Source: Marsupella aquatica
Taxonomy: Eukaryota; Plantae; Marchantiophyta
DNA: 64,000 bases
Assembly: GCA_973895155.1 (NCBI GenBank)
Contig: OZ316895.1
Location: 15,072,816-15,136,815, forward strand
Direction of reading: 5' to 3'
Shown: positions 37,572 through 49,936 of the stretch, piece after piece
Layout of the letters: the number at the start of each line of letters is the position of its first letter
Position numbering within the stretch: position 1 is the first letter of the stretch
The notes under the pieces: model-generated
The model's database searches: none
What the model saw: the letters and a program-made list of their open reading frames with translations, nothing else
What the model was told of the DNA's origin: nothing
Translations under genes and position numbers: made by a program

Positions 37572-40500
37572 ATGAAAGAGATTGTGACAGTCCAAGTCGG
37601 GAGTTTCGCCAATTATGTGGGCTCCCATTTCTGGAATTTCCAGGTACGATACTGCCACGAAGGAGGATAACATGTGGGTGATGATTATGTTTTGACATTC
37701 TTAAATCATTGCTGCTGCTAGACGGAATTGGGATTCTTGGCTTGAAGCACGATCTTCTGGATGTAACTTCGTCGGCGTAGTAAGACGAGATGGTATCGTA
37801 CTTTTGGTAACTGAATCAGCGTCTTGTTTTGAAATATTCTTTAATGAGCAGGATGAGGTCCTGGGACTAGCGGAACAAGGTTACGAAGATCCCATGATCC
37901 CAACAATTGGCCTAAAGTTGGACGTGCTGTTCAGAGTCGGGGAAACGCGCCAGGTAAGGTTGTTCTTTAGAGTCACGGTGTAGGGTTTAGGTTGTCTGGT
38001 CTTGTCTGGTCTCGGATGAATGAGATTCAAGAGATAAAGACATGTGCACGGAAACTTGTTAATGTTCAACCTGCTTATATGTGTAGGAAATCACATCATA
38101 TAACCTCAAATTCGGTGGAGCTTCAGATTCTGGTTTAAAGTCGCTGAGTTTAAGATTTAGTCGTTAGAACTTAAATTCTAAACCTCCCACAGGACAGAAT
38201 TTGAACCGAAAAATCCTTCTCGAATCCCCTTTTGGTAACAGTGTGGGACAGTGAGGCTTGAAATTGCTTAAGAATTCAACAAAGCATCATTTGTTGTTAA
38301 TGTTTCAACTTTAAGGTTTTATGTATCTACCAAAGGCTCCACTTCTCTACAGTCTCATTCGATTATGGATCATCTGGATTTATTCAACCCTTTAGATGAT
38401 TGATGGAAAGTATGTAATGGCTACTGCTGCAGGGCAGATCCACTTACACTCCTCGGTTATTGTCACTTGACTTTCGTGGTAATGGTGTCCTTCTCGTTGG
38501 CTCTGTCGTGATTGTATCCTAAAGTATAATTTTATTCTTACCTTTTGTTCAGGATGCTTATGTACAATTCCAAATTGCACCTTTCCCACCAGGGGATACT
38601 ATAATTATTAATTCGTGCTGTTGCATTTAAAGATATGAAGCTCCGCTGCTCTTTTATCTAAAGGGCCTTTAAAAGGATTGTGCAAAACTAGAAACTGGTT
38701 CTACATTTTCAGGAGTGGGGTTTTTCTGGTGAATGTAGAAAAGCAAATGCTAATTGTTGTTGCTACTGCTGTAGTTTCATTGTTACAGGATCTTCAGGTG
38801 CGGTAAGTACATCTGGGAGTCTATATGAACGGCCATCCTCTGCAGAGCTTTCATCAATTACCGCCTGGTAAAGATATAGCTCAGGTTTCTGGAACTGGTG
38901 TTTTATTTCCTAAGGACCTTAATTTCTTATTTGGTAGGATGAAGCACAGAATTTTTGTGAAAGTGACCTCAACTATTGTTGTGGAGTAGGCGTGGACCTG
39001 CAGCTACTTTCCGATCAGAACGCAATGAGAAAAATAAGTTTCTGCAAAGTTTGGATGATGAAGAAGATGAGTGGCTTGACTCAAGTGCTTCATCAGAACA
39101 AAGTGTTCGAGTTGATGGTCAGGAGGATGCTCTTATGGTTGAGAATCACGAGAAAGAAAGAGCTTTGGTGGAAAGCCTTGAGGAAGGGGTTCAATATTGG
39201 ACAGACTACTTGAAAACTCACCTTCATCCCTGGAGCATATACCAAATACCTGGCGTTTGGCAGGGAGTGACCCCGTTTGATCATTATGGTTGTGGAAAGG
39301 GACTTATCTCAGGGGAAGAGCAAGCAGAAGAGCTTCGTGACAAATTGCGTCTATTTGTAGAGGAATGTGATCACATGCAGGTCATCTGTCTACCTTATCC
39401 TCTCTGCCGATAACATGTCTGGACTTCTTTACGGCACGCCGCTGCAATCGAGTGCTTTGTCATGCAGAATCTTGAGCATAGTTTATTTAGCGGGCAAGAA
39501 TTCGAGATTTCTATTTCTACAAAGCTCTTTGTTACATCTCGTATTGGATCAATCCTGAAAGTAATAGTTTTGATGGTCCTTGATAGCCGTTTTATATGAG
39601 GTGTGAATGAATGTCAACAGAATAGGGATTCTGTGCAGCGTTAACAACAAGAGCAATCCTACAGTATGCTTCATGACCGAAGGAAATTATCCATGCAAAT
39701 AGTAGTAGGAGAGAGAGAGAACAGGTTATTGTTGTTCTCAATAGAGAGTAATAGTCGATCTTCTTAACAACGTTGATCTTTGCAAAACTTTCAGGGCTTC
39801 CAATTTCTGGTGGACGACTTGGGCGGCTTTTCTTGTATTGCAGCAGATGTACTTGATGATGTTGTTGAGGAGTATGGGAAAACTCCCATCTTGCTTTTCA
39901 CTGTGCGACCTCCAGATGATGTTCCAAGTCCCAATAGAACCCTTACTCGAAAACTCCACGACGCGATTTCTTTGGCTAGAATTGCTTCCTTAGCTCAAGT
40001 TACTGTCCCGTTGGGTTTAACCCATATCGCTCAAAGTGAGTATCTGAATTCCTACAGAGAATAATGAACTTCTCGCTCACTCTTCTTGCATTCACGACAT
40101 CATGATCCCGGCCACTGCTCAGTCTTAACCAATGGCTCTATGGATTTAGGTGCAATTGCTGAAAATCTGCTTATCCGGGATGGAAAGCCATTCCACTCAA
40201 GTGCAGTATATGCAGCTGCTATAAACAGCATAACTCTCCCATTTAGGATGGAAGTCTCCGGGCCTTCAGTCACCTCACAAGTCGCAGGTGTGGGTAGCTC
40301 GGATTTGGGAACTTGTCTGCGATTAGTGTCATGTTCGTCTGCAAGACGACTTGCTCTATTGGAGGCTGCTTTCCCAGCTCCTGGTGTGCCAGGTTTGTCC
40401 CAAGATTGTTGATAGTTTTAATTTTAACTTCAATTATTTCCCAATCGCTAATTGTTAATCTCATGACGGTGAACCAGTTCAAAATGCTGTACTTAGATAG

Positions 40501-41386
40501 CAGTGTGCTTTGTCAGCTGTCAGTCTCCATGATATGGCCAGTCTGACTTTTGCTCCAATATATTCTCATTTCAGAAAAGATGCTTAATCATAAGTTACTG
40601 TTCTGTGACGCAGATGCGATGAGCGAGAGAGCCTATAATTTGCAGAAGCTGGCTTCCCTCACTCCAAGTACTGGGACACAGACTGATGATGGAAACCAGG
40701 TTGCAGAAATGTTGGTTGTCCAAGGGGCACGATTAACAGGTTCGACAGCCTTATCAATCACGCATAATATTCGCTTCCTATCAGGACGCTGTTTTTTGTT
40801 GTGTAGAGCAGTATTACCGTCCCTAGAGACGGTGGAGCTGTTGGGGCCAACAATAGTTGAGTTATGAGTAAGGTTTGTGTTTAACTTTTGAGGGAGTTCT
40901 TTTGTAGGTTCAAGAGGACCAGCTACTACATCTCAAGTGCGCGAGTGTTTAGCCCGAGCTGGCGAAAGGCTGGCACGAGCAGGGACAAATCCTAGACGAG
41001 GCTTGGTCTTGACTCACCTGGCAGTATCGCCTTGCCCATTGGCAATCCCCTTGCCTTTCCCATGTATTTTTTCTCCTTACGTTGGGAGGCATGGAGATAT
41101 TCTATCAAGACCTGTTGTAGCGACAAACAGGGGAAGAGGGGGTATTGACGTAGTTTCTACACCTGTGACAACAAGGGTCAGTACGAGTGGAGCCATCGTA
41201 CCATACATCAAGGAAAGATGGGAAGATATGCAGCGGCTGGGCCTTGGACGGGCAACAGCAGGACCTTCGATCCTAGAAGATTGGGGATTTGCAAGAGAGG
41301 AAGTCCAAGAGCTGAGTGAGAGCCTCTCGAGTATGCTACATCAATACAAAAGCGTCACTGAAATTGACTCATCCGATAGCGAGTGA
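37572..41386 (+). CDS. MSTO1: Protein Misato homolog (MSTO1/DML1, tubulin-like), about 9 exons
   Basis: MKEIVTVQVGSFANYVGSHFWNFQ|DE Misato segment II; TYTPRLL, VQYWTDYLKTHLHP, LRLFVEECDHMQ|GFQFLVDDLGGF, PFHSSAVYAAA, PLPFPCIF. Exons at about 37572-37643, 37852-37953, 38433-38478, 38789-38867, 38990-39380, 39795-40035, 40150-40392, 40614-40739, 40909-41386. Confidence 0.92.
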
Positions 41387-42818
41387 CTGGGTACCAAGGG
41401 CTACGTTTAGAATTGGAGATTGTATCTGCACGAATGTTAGAACAGATTTAGAATTGCGTTTACGGGGCTCAATGGTCAGAACTAGTGCTGTTGTACTACC
41501 AACTGCACATGCTGATAATGTTTCACTCCGGAAGATAGAAGTTCTATCAAATGGACATTATCAGAATGTTTAACCCAGGGACATAAATGTTAACGTTTGC
41601 AAGTAGACTCTGGTTCTTTCGTTTGCGTTCGAAAATGGATCGAACGCACTGGAGACGTCAAGTGCTGAGTTCTCTATTCTCTTTCTAACAGCAGGTTGAA
41701 ACCTTTCTTTCTAACATCTTTAACATCTTCAACCTGCTGTTAGAAGGAAAGGTTTCAATGCTTTTAGATCATTGCATTAATAGAGAGATGTACCCACCCT
41801 TGTCCGCTCTTGGGGCTAGTTTAGTGACATCAACGTTGATTGCGTTGGCAGATAGGACAGGACGAGTAGCATGAACAGAAGACAGTAAGACTGTGGGATA
41901 AGGGTACAATGAATAAAACGTGTCTTCACCAGGATACCTCCTTGATGACTTAAATCATGCAACTTTAGATGTTCCAATTTTGCTGATAATGGATCTAGAA
42001 ATTCAGAAGGCAGGAATGGTGATTAACACCTCTCCAAATGACGCTTCTGTAATAGACTGTTTACAAATAAGATCGTAAACGTGGTAGGAGGTGACTGTAA
42101 TCTGAGACAAAAAGTGTGGCGGCCATTATGTTCTACAAACGGCATCCATCTACATTTAATGGTAGCAAGAAAATGTAATCATTCACTATGAATTGGATTG
42201 AATTGTTGAAGTTCTGTTTGGCATATACTGACATTTTGCTGGAATTGTTAGGCTACTGGTTCAATGATATGAGACAAAGATTTTGGTTTGTCGACTACTT
42301 CAGAAGGTACAATTATGTGCAACAACTGGCCGGCTTTCTAGGATTGCGTCTCAAAATTAAATTGCGCTCTATTGCTGTGACGGCTTCGACTTTAAATCCG
42401 CTCTAAATGGCAACTAAAGAGAAGATGCAATTGCCAGAGGGAAACTAGAGCAAACTGTAATGTGATATGCCCGGTGCTCTGAGTCCTTGGTGTCTCAAAC
42501 TTTATGAATATTACTTAACGAACGTCATGCATTTACCTTCACGGCTGAGTTTCCACTGCTAATGAGTGACAAACCCTATCTCGCGGGACCAGATAGAGGA
42601 CTAGTTCAGGGATGCATGGAGAAAGTGGACGCAGACGACCAGATAAATGCAAAAAATTTCATCTACAATTTTGAGGGTCTGAAATCCATGATCATGCACG
42701 ACATCCCTCATCAGCATGCATAATTTGGGATCCAATTCGTGCCCAGAAGACAACTGAGATCAATGAGAAATGCCTCCAAGGATCGCTCCAAAGACAGCTC
42801 TGGCGACAGCAAATAGCC

Positions 42819-43262
42819 CTATTGGCCGATATCCTCGTTCCAAAGCTCATGCTTAGCAGCGATGAACTTGCTCATCATCTCGATGCACTCGGGGAGATCC
42901 AGGTCCAGAACCTGCACACCGTGGGACTCCATGAACTCTTTAGTCCCACCAAAATTGCGAGATTCACCAACAATGACGGTCGGGATCTTGAACTGGACAA
43001 TCGTTCCAGCGCACATGTAGCACGGCATGAGAGTGGAGTAGAGAATGGCCTGCCGGTAGCTCGAGGACCCAATTCTGCCTCCGTTGGTCAGGCAGTCCAT
43101 CTCCGCGTGCAGGATTGGATTGTTCTCCTGGACCCTCTTGTTGTGCCCTTGGGCGAGCACCTCGTTGCTACTCTTGCTCACCAGGACGGACCCGATGGGA
43201 ATCCCTCCCTCGCTCAACCCTTTCAGAGCTTGAGCTATGGCTACCTGCATATGTGGATCCAT
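42819..43262 (-). CDS. FCY1: Cytosine/nucleoside deaminase (CDA-fold, FCY1/bacterial type), intronless, 147 aa
   Basis: EGGIPIGSVLV, GHNKRVQ, Zn-binding HAEMD and PCYMC, GESRNF, C-terminal WNEDIG; uninterrupted ORF. Confidence 0.92.
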   Translation of the reverse strand: MDPHMQVAIAQALKGLSEGGIPIGSVLVSKSSNEVLAQGHNKRVQENNPILHAEMDCLTNGGRIGSSSYRQAILYSTLMPCYMCAGTIVQFKIPTVIVGESRNFGGTKEFMESHGVQVLDLDLPECIEMMSKFIAAKHELWNEDIGQ

Positions 43263-43726
43263 GGCTGGAGCCAGCTGCTTTAGATTGAACCAAGAATTTT
43301 CTCACCCGCTCAACCCGTTCAGAGCTTCGGCTACAGCTACTTGTTTGGATCCATGGCGTGAGGCCTCGTAGTAAATTAATTCCTGTAATTTCTGGGCCCT
43401 TGCAATTTTTAGGGACTCCTCTTGTCAGAATGGCCGGCGTTTGTTTCGACCACAAGCTACCTCTGCCTACGTCGTGCCTTCCAAAATGGTCAGTTTACCC
43501 TGTTTGAACTAATGAATAAGTTGTCGTGTTGGCTCCAAAAGGGGTCAAATGTAAGATATTTGCTTATATTCCCTGGCGGGGATGGGCAGGCCGGGACAGG
43601 GGGACAACCCGGTGTGACATATGTCAGATGTTGGGGTCCAGACCCCTCATTTGCCGGACAAGTCCAGAGGGTAATCCATGGGCTGGGTTACTCGTCCTTA
43701 AATCACACTTGATTATAGAAAAAGGT

Positions 43727-44063
43727 TGTTGAAGTATGACGTCGTTTTTCATGACGATACAATCATGACTCATATCATGCTCACGTAGTCAACACAATCC
43801 ATACGTGGTTCACCTTTTCTCCTAGGCTACGTCCACACGAACACAAAATTTTTACTTCAGAGTAATTGAACACACAAGCTCTCTCTCTCTCTCTTCCTCA
43901 AATTGTTTCATTATAATGAGCAAGCACCACGTACCAGCAGCTTACACTAGCCCTAGTATATGCAAGGTCATACACGACTAGCCTAACCTCAGCTAAGTCC
44001 TAAACTATGGTTAGCCTAAACATCGTAATCTATGAGTCACAAGATTAATAGCAATCCTTAACA
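43727..44063 (-). mobile_element. Diverged solo LTR related to the copia LTR
   Basis: TGTTG...AACA ends; shares tacgtggttcacct, aggctacgtccac, cacaagctctctct and ggttagcct with the 24529-24873 LTR; flanks aaggt/agggc are only an imperfect TSD. Confidence 0.65.
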
Positions 44064-46708
44064 AGGGCTTCATTCCTTGCTCAGGTAGTGCTAATTGTGC
44101 CCCCTGGTGAACAGTATTTTGATTGTTAAAAAGTGGATCCCAAATACCTCTTCTGCATTCTTAGTGAAATTGAATCTGTCCACTTTATAAAGAGAGTTGT
44201 CGATAACCCATAGCTCTTATAGAGGTAGTTGTGGTTTAATGCAATAAGTTTTTTGCTCTCTGTAATTTTAAGTGCGTTCTTGAAGAAAATCACCCTCAAT
44301 GTTTGGATCAAGCTTATTATCAATATTTTTCCTCTACTTTTACTACAATCACTAACAATAAAAATCTCTTAGGCCTTTAAGTGTACTAAGGTCCCATTAC
44401 CAGAGCACTATGGGCACTAATAACTCCTCAAAACTCAAGCTTAAGCTCCAACTTGCTTCTTGGGGCAGTATGGCACACAATGCCTTGTAACCAGGAGTTT
44501 ACTATCTACAAAATTCTCAGCCAATGAATAGGATAACCCATTGGCTGGAGGTGGTTAGAGTAGATAACCCCCAAGCAGCCAGTGGGTACTAAGCAAGCAA
44601 AAACCAACCTTGTGAGTCTTCAGAAAATGATCTCACAACCACAACAAAAGTCAGATCCTAGGACAACACTCCTCAGTCCTAACTATGCTCATCACTCAAC
44701 TACTGTAGAGGATAGTTATATCCGAGGGCATCTCAAAGCTGGAATGTTACCCTTATAGGACTTTGGCCATAACCATTTGGCTGCAGCTCTACCATGAAAA
44801 GTTTTTTGAACTTTTGACTCACTTCTGTGAAACTGCCATTGCGGACACAGGTTAAGGTTGTTTCTTAGGCCAAAAGTTAAAGATCACCTGGGGAGGTGTC
44901 TTTAACATGTTTCGGTCATTTCCATAACATGAGAGTTACAGACCCTCAAAAGACGAGCGTTTAGTCTCCCTATTACAGGATATCTTTATTTTCCTAGAAT
45001 AATTTATGACTCTCAGATATCCCTAGATTGAAGGGCATTGTTAGATTCTGGCTAGTGGGCTGTTTGACCAAGTGAGAAACCTGGCTAAGGGAACAAGACC
45101 TACTATAGCTAATTTGACCAAAACAGGCAAAGACTTTCAACGAGGTGGAATCTACAAATTCTTGACATTAAAAATTGTTGTTGTTTAACATTATGCAAGT
45201 ATTGCACTTACATAGGGTGCACTTGGGCACGGATGACTCAAATTATACAATCGGCTCCAATGGTTTTATTTTTGGTGGAGGTAAGTAGATAAGGTGGTTA
45301 CCCCCCTGCTATAATTGGAGCGAGATCTGGCCATTTAGGCATTTGAGTGCCCAGGAGCTTGTGGCGAACAGGTTTAGGGACAGCAAGGTGAGTGGCTCTT
45401 TTCACTCACCAGGTGGTAAGGAGAGTTTGACAAACTCAGGGCCCACTGAGTACGTTTAGTGGCTACTTTGGGTCCCACCAAATAAGGTTTTTGGTGAGCT
45501 TGGGCCTCATAAGGTCAGTTAGTTTGCAAATTTGAAGGTTGGCAGGTAAGTTCTTCTTGAGTTATACACAGGCCATGTGTATACACTCAAAAGCAAATTC
45601 AGTCAACAATTAGGCCAAAGCCATGAGGAAAGCAACATGCTTGTACACAAAGCAAAAGTGTATACAAAAAGCAAATTCGGGCAAAATTTATAGTGTGTAT
45701 GAAGAGTCACAAAATTGGTAGTATATCATAAACTCTTGTCTAAATTTTTCAATGATTCGGGCAATGAGTCTAAACTCCAAGGGAAAATTACCCTAAGCAA
45801 CAAATTTTATACAGGCGGCGCTAGGCCCAACATAAGTGCGCCACTCCTAATAAAAAACAAAATGTAAGGAGCATGCAAGCTTGTTCCTAAGTAAAAGAAA
45901 CTAAATGCAAGGAGCACAGACCCAAGTTTTTTACACTATTACTTCTCCAATTGTCTTTGCAGCTTTTCTTCCTCTTCAGAATTGCGCCATTCTTCAACCA
46001 AGCTACAAAGTCCCCAAGGCAAGGGAATGTGTTTGTTGATGCCGCATTGCCAGTGTGTTCCATTGGAGCACTGACTGACGTTGAAGCAACAGTCCAGCAG
46101 CTACAACATGAGGATTCATTGCCCTCGGCTATATACCCAACTTCACCTGGATGAGCTTTGGGTATTTGAACAAATTGGCAATTTGCGTTGTGACCTCCAG
46201 CAACACTGGATGCCATTCAATGTTGAGCTGAATACTTGAACTTTCCTGAACAGTTTGCTGAACACAATCTTGGCATCCTAACTTCATAAGGCAAAACCTT
46301 GAACCGCTATCAAACTAGTTTCCTCTTCTGGATAGCTCTCAACAAGCCACATAAGCTTCCTTCTTGCCATCACAAACTGGTTTATGTTGAACTGTGAACA
46401 AACTCCCGGAGGGCTGTATATAAAAAAGGGAGGAGAATGCTCGACTAAATCATGATTAAACTCGTGACTAAACATGTGCAAACAACGAGGCAAGGAGATA
46501 GTGACCAAACTTGTGACTAAACTTGACCGGGACTGAGCTTAATAACACTAAGTACTGTAAGGAACAATTCAGATAGAAGGACTACGTCGGCAATTTCCTT
46601 CTTAGCTCATATTTTCTCTTGCTTCTCTACCTAACATGTGAGCTATAGCAAGATTAACCTTCCTCCCTCCCTGCACATTCAAGTGATCAACCATAGTTAA
46701 GCCGATAC

Positions 46709-47054
46709 TGTTAGGATTTACTCCTAGGTCTAGAGTCACGACTGCACCGTAGTTAATGCTAACCTTAGTCGCAGACTTGGTTAGGTTAGTCATGCCGTGC
46801 ACACTCTATAACCAAGCGGTGTTTGCTTGGAGAGTGTTGAACCTAGGCTCATTGTTACGGAGCTAGTTGAGAGATAGGGAGAGCTTGTGCTGTGGATGCT
46901 TGGGATGGCTGGTCAGCCTAGAGTGCAGTAAAGCTCTTGTGTGTTCCCGTGGATGTAGCCTCATGTGGAGGTGAACCACGTATCTCTCTGTGTCAACTCT
47001 TGTGCGCTGGATGGTTCATGGGCTTGCCGTTACGAATGTCGTCTATGCTCAACA
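46709..47054 (+). mobile_element. Solo LTR of the same copia family
   Basis: Reverse complement of the 24529-24873 LTR over its full length, TG..CA ends, perfect 5-bp TSD gatac. Confidence 0.93.
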
Positions 47055-47074
47055 GATACTGCATAACGCTTGTT

Positions 47075-48330
47075 GGCATTCTTCCAAACTTAGGGCAATT
47101 GCATCATGATAGGGAAAGTCAACAGTTTGTGCAAAGAGCTTTACACTGCAATCTAGGTGCTCTCCAAGTCTATTCCTCAACTTGTTTTTCATGAAAGAGA
47201 CTACGGTCAACTGAACCAATTACATTGACAAAAACAAATTCAGCAAGCTTGAAGTACATACATTATGTGGTTTGCAAAGCAAGACATTCATATAAAGTTT
47301 TGCCCTCACTTTTGTGAATGGGTTTTCATCAAAAGGTTTGCCTGTTGCTGCACTTGCATTTTGCTGCATGGTTTGCTTGAACACAATCTGCTGCTGGTCA
47401 AGGAGGATGACATTCAAAGGCTCCTTAACTTCATATGATATGTCACCACTCACAGCTACACCCTTAGCCTCAACAAAATGTGACTTCAACACAACAAGGT
47501 GCAAACTGAAATTGTTTGTTGTTGGTGCCGTGAGCCTTTAATATGGAAAGACAATCCTGAGGGCATTCATCAAGTAGGGAAACTTGACATTGATCTGGTG
47601 GTTGATCAAGTCAATAGGGCGTGTCAAAGTACTCCCGTAACCAAAGTGTTACGACTTTTATTTTCTGGACGTACCACGCTTATGGGGTACATATTTTGGT
47701 AGCCCATAGCAAATCTGTCCTGGCCGTATATAAGAACGTTTTATGTCCTGAGCCGTAACTCAGTTATAGCTGTGTTTTGACACGCCCTAATAGCCTCTGT
47801 ACACTGTCTATTCACAAATGCAACTATAGTTGCAAAATGCTCCCTGTTTATACTTTAGCCTTGATTCATGACACAAATGCACAGGATATGTGTTTTCCCC
47901 AATGCAAAATCTGAGTAGTTCCCTCACCTTCCTCCCTCCCTGAGACCCACTCTTGGTGCATTATGTGGCTGTGATCACAAACAAAGTCATTTGATTGTTG
48001 AAACTGGCCCCTTGTAAATGCAAATTGGGAGTCTGGAAAGTAATGATAGAAGAGCTCATCTAGAGCCATCTTTGCAACTTTGACAAAGTTGCATACAAAC
48101 ACATCTCGTCCTTAGGCAAACTTGACAAGTTCATTCACATCATGAGGGAGGGGCATTATACATGATAATGCCAGGAAGGTCTCTAAATTTGCTAACAAAG
48201 CAAAGTTAGACCTGACAACTACAATGGGACGGTGAGTCTGCAGAGTCTTTGCCATCAACATCTTGTACTCCAGTAAGACCCGAGAGGGAGGCATTAGCAC
48301 ACTAATCCAGCAGTGCCTCACATTTCAGTA
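47075..48330 (-). pseudogene. Decayed hAT-superfamily (ZNF862-like) transposase C-terminal half
   Basis: WISVLMPPSRVLLEYK, LVKFA.GRDVFVC, LMNALRIVFP, LDQQQIVFKQTM and dimerization-domain-like SFMKNKLRNRLGEHLD..FPYHDAI; stops, frameshifts and a MITE insertion. Confidence 0.7.
47616..47788. mobile_element. MITE, TIR AGGGCGTGTCAAA, TSD AAT
   Basis: 13-bp perfect TIRs; 3-bp AAT duplication; removal restores the transposase frame (A-I-D-L-I). Confidence 0.85.
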
Positions 48331-49936
48331 GAATAAAAAGTGCACTTATGGACTAGGCTACCCAATATAGGGCAGAATACAGTTTGGGTTGCGACTCACC
48401 AGACTGTTTATTGTGGAGAGTGCACTCTTATCAATAATTGTGTGACTCTACAGGTTTGCACTTATCACAAAATGCAACTTCCATTCAGTGCAAAACAGAT
48501 GCTTGTGTGCACTTAGAAGACTGTGCTGACTTTAGAGCAATACAACTCTGTCTCGGGATCTTGCACTTAGAGATAGTTGAACTGTAGAGAAGTACCTGAT
48601 AATTTGGGTTGCGATTCACGAGACTGCTCATGACCAGCATATTTTCTAAGGATTTTACTTTTTTGCCAGATTGGCGAAGTGGCGAATGTACAAGTGTGTT
48701 AAGGAGAAGATGCTCAAAAGATTCTTTATTCAATTATTTTTCTTGACCGTCAGATCTTCCTAAATTTTAGGCTGACTGTTAGATTCTGTCTAGTGGGCCT
48801 ACAATTAGGTGGAACACTGGCTAATGAGACAGTAAAATACTAACCAATTTTTGCCAAAAGTGGTGAAAGATTTTTGGGGAGGTGGTATTTGACCAATTTT
48901 CGCCACTAAGAAAAACACTCCTCATGACGGAGGGTGCACTCGCATCGATAAGTGCAACACCCTGTTTACTGCACAACGGAGTGTGTACTTAGAGAGAGTC
49001 GAACTGTAGAGCAGTACAGCACCGTCGGCCCGACGGTCGCAGCGAGGCAGCAAAAAGCGCGCTCATCGGTCTTCAAATTCAAATATGTGCCAAACCGAGG
49101 CCTGCTACAGTGCTACGGTAGTGCCAGTGCCACTCTGCGACTCTCGAAGTAAACGACAGCATTCGCGAGTGAGATGAGTAATAATGGCGCTCTTCAATGG
49201 CAGATTGCTTTCTCCCGTGATCCCGTCTTTCCGAGGAATGCGAGGTGAGTGGGATCGTTCATCGTTCGCATCACGAGTAGGTGCGTGCCGTTGGTACTCG
49301 AAATCTTAATTCCCATGCCGAAAGAGAGCGCAAGAGAGCAACAGGCTGAAACGAGTTTGGACCATTCCAGACTTCCAGTCGACGGGATCGAGTGAGGATT
49401 TATTATCATTGCGACTTCATCCGTAGTTGAATGCATCGGTTGTAGAGTAGGTAGCTGGACGTTACACAGGAATCCATCGAGCCCTGTCTCATTTGTAGCA
49501 GTGCTCTGGAGGCCACACACTTCGCAGATTCGCTTCGGTTAAGCTCGAGCGTGGTTGGATCGAACGCCTTTGGGAGATGATGTCCGGATGGTTCAGACGC
49601 TAGGGGAATGCGTGCTGGCAAGTCTCTGGACTGTGACATCTTGAGCACTTTCTGCAGCAGCCGAGAGTTTCCCGAGCGCCGTATGCGATTGAGCAGGATT
49701 TCATTATAGCGAGGATAAACGGCGTTTTCGATCTGATCGATCGGTTGATGCTCGCGGACGATGAATGATGGGAGGGTTTCGGTATATGCCCTCGTGGATC
49801 AGAGGCTCTGCAGAAGAAGCAAAAAGTGCGTGGGTTTTTAGTCGACTGATTTTGTACTGTACCTAGACATGAACAGGAGGACTGAACAGTCCTAGGATCG
49901 CGCCCGGTAGAGGCGAATTTAGACGTCAGTAGCGGC

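Noticed and set aside
42819-43262. Deaminase as bacterial contamination in the assembly
   Set aside because: No neighbouring bacterial genes; flanked by host LTR and intron-containing genes, with a decayed local duplicate of its own 5' end. Read-level confirmation is still advisable.
42822-43283. 153-aa + strand ORF
   Set aside because: Antisense shadow of the GC-rich deaminase gene.
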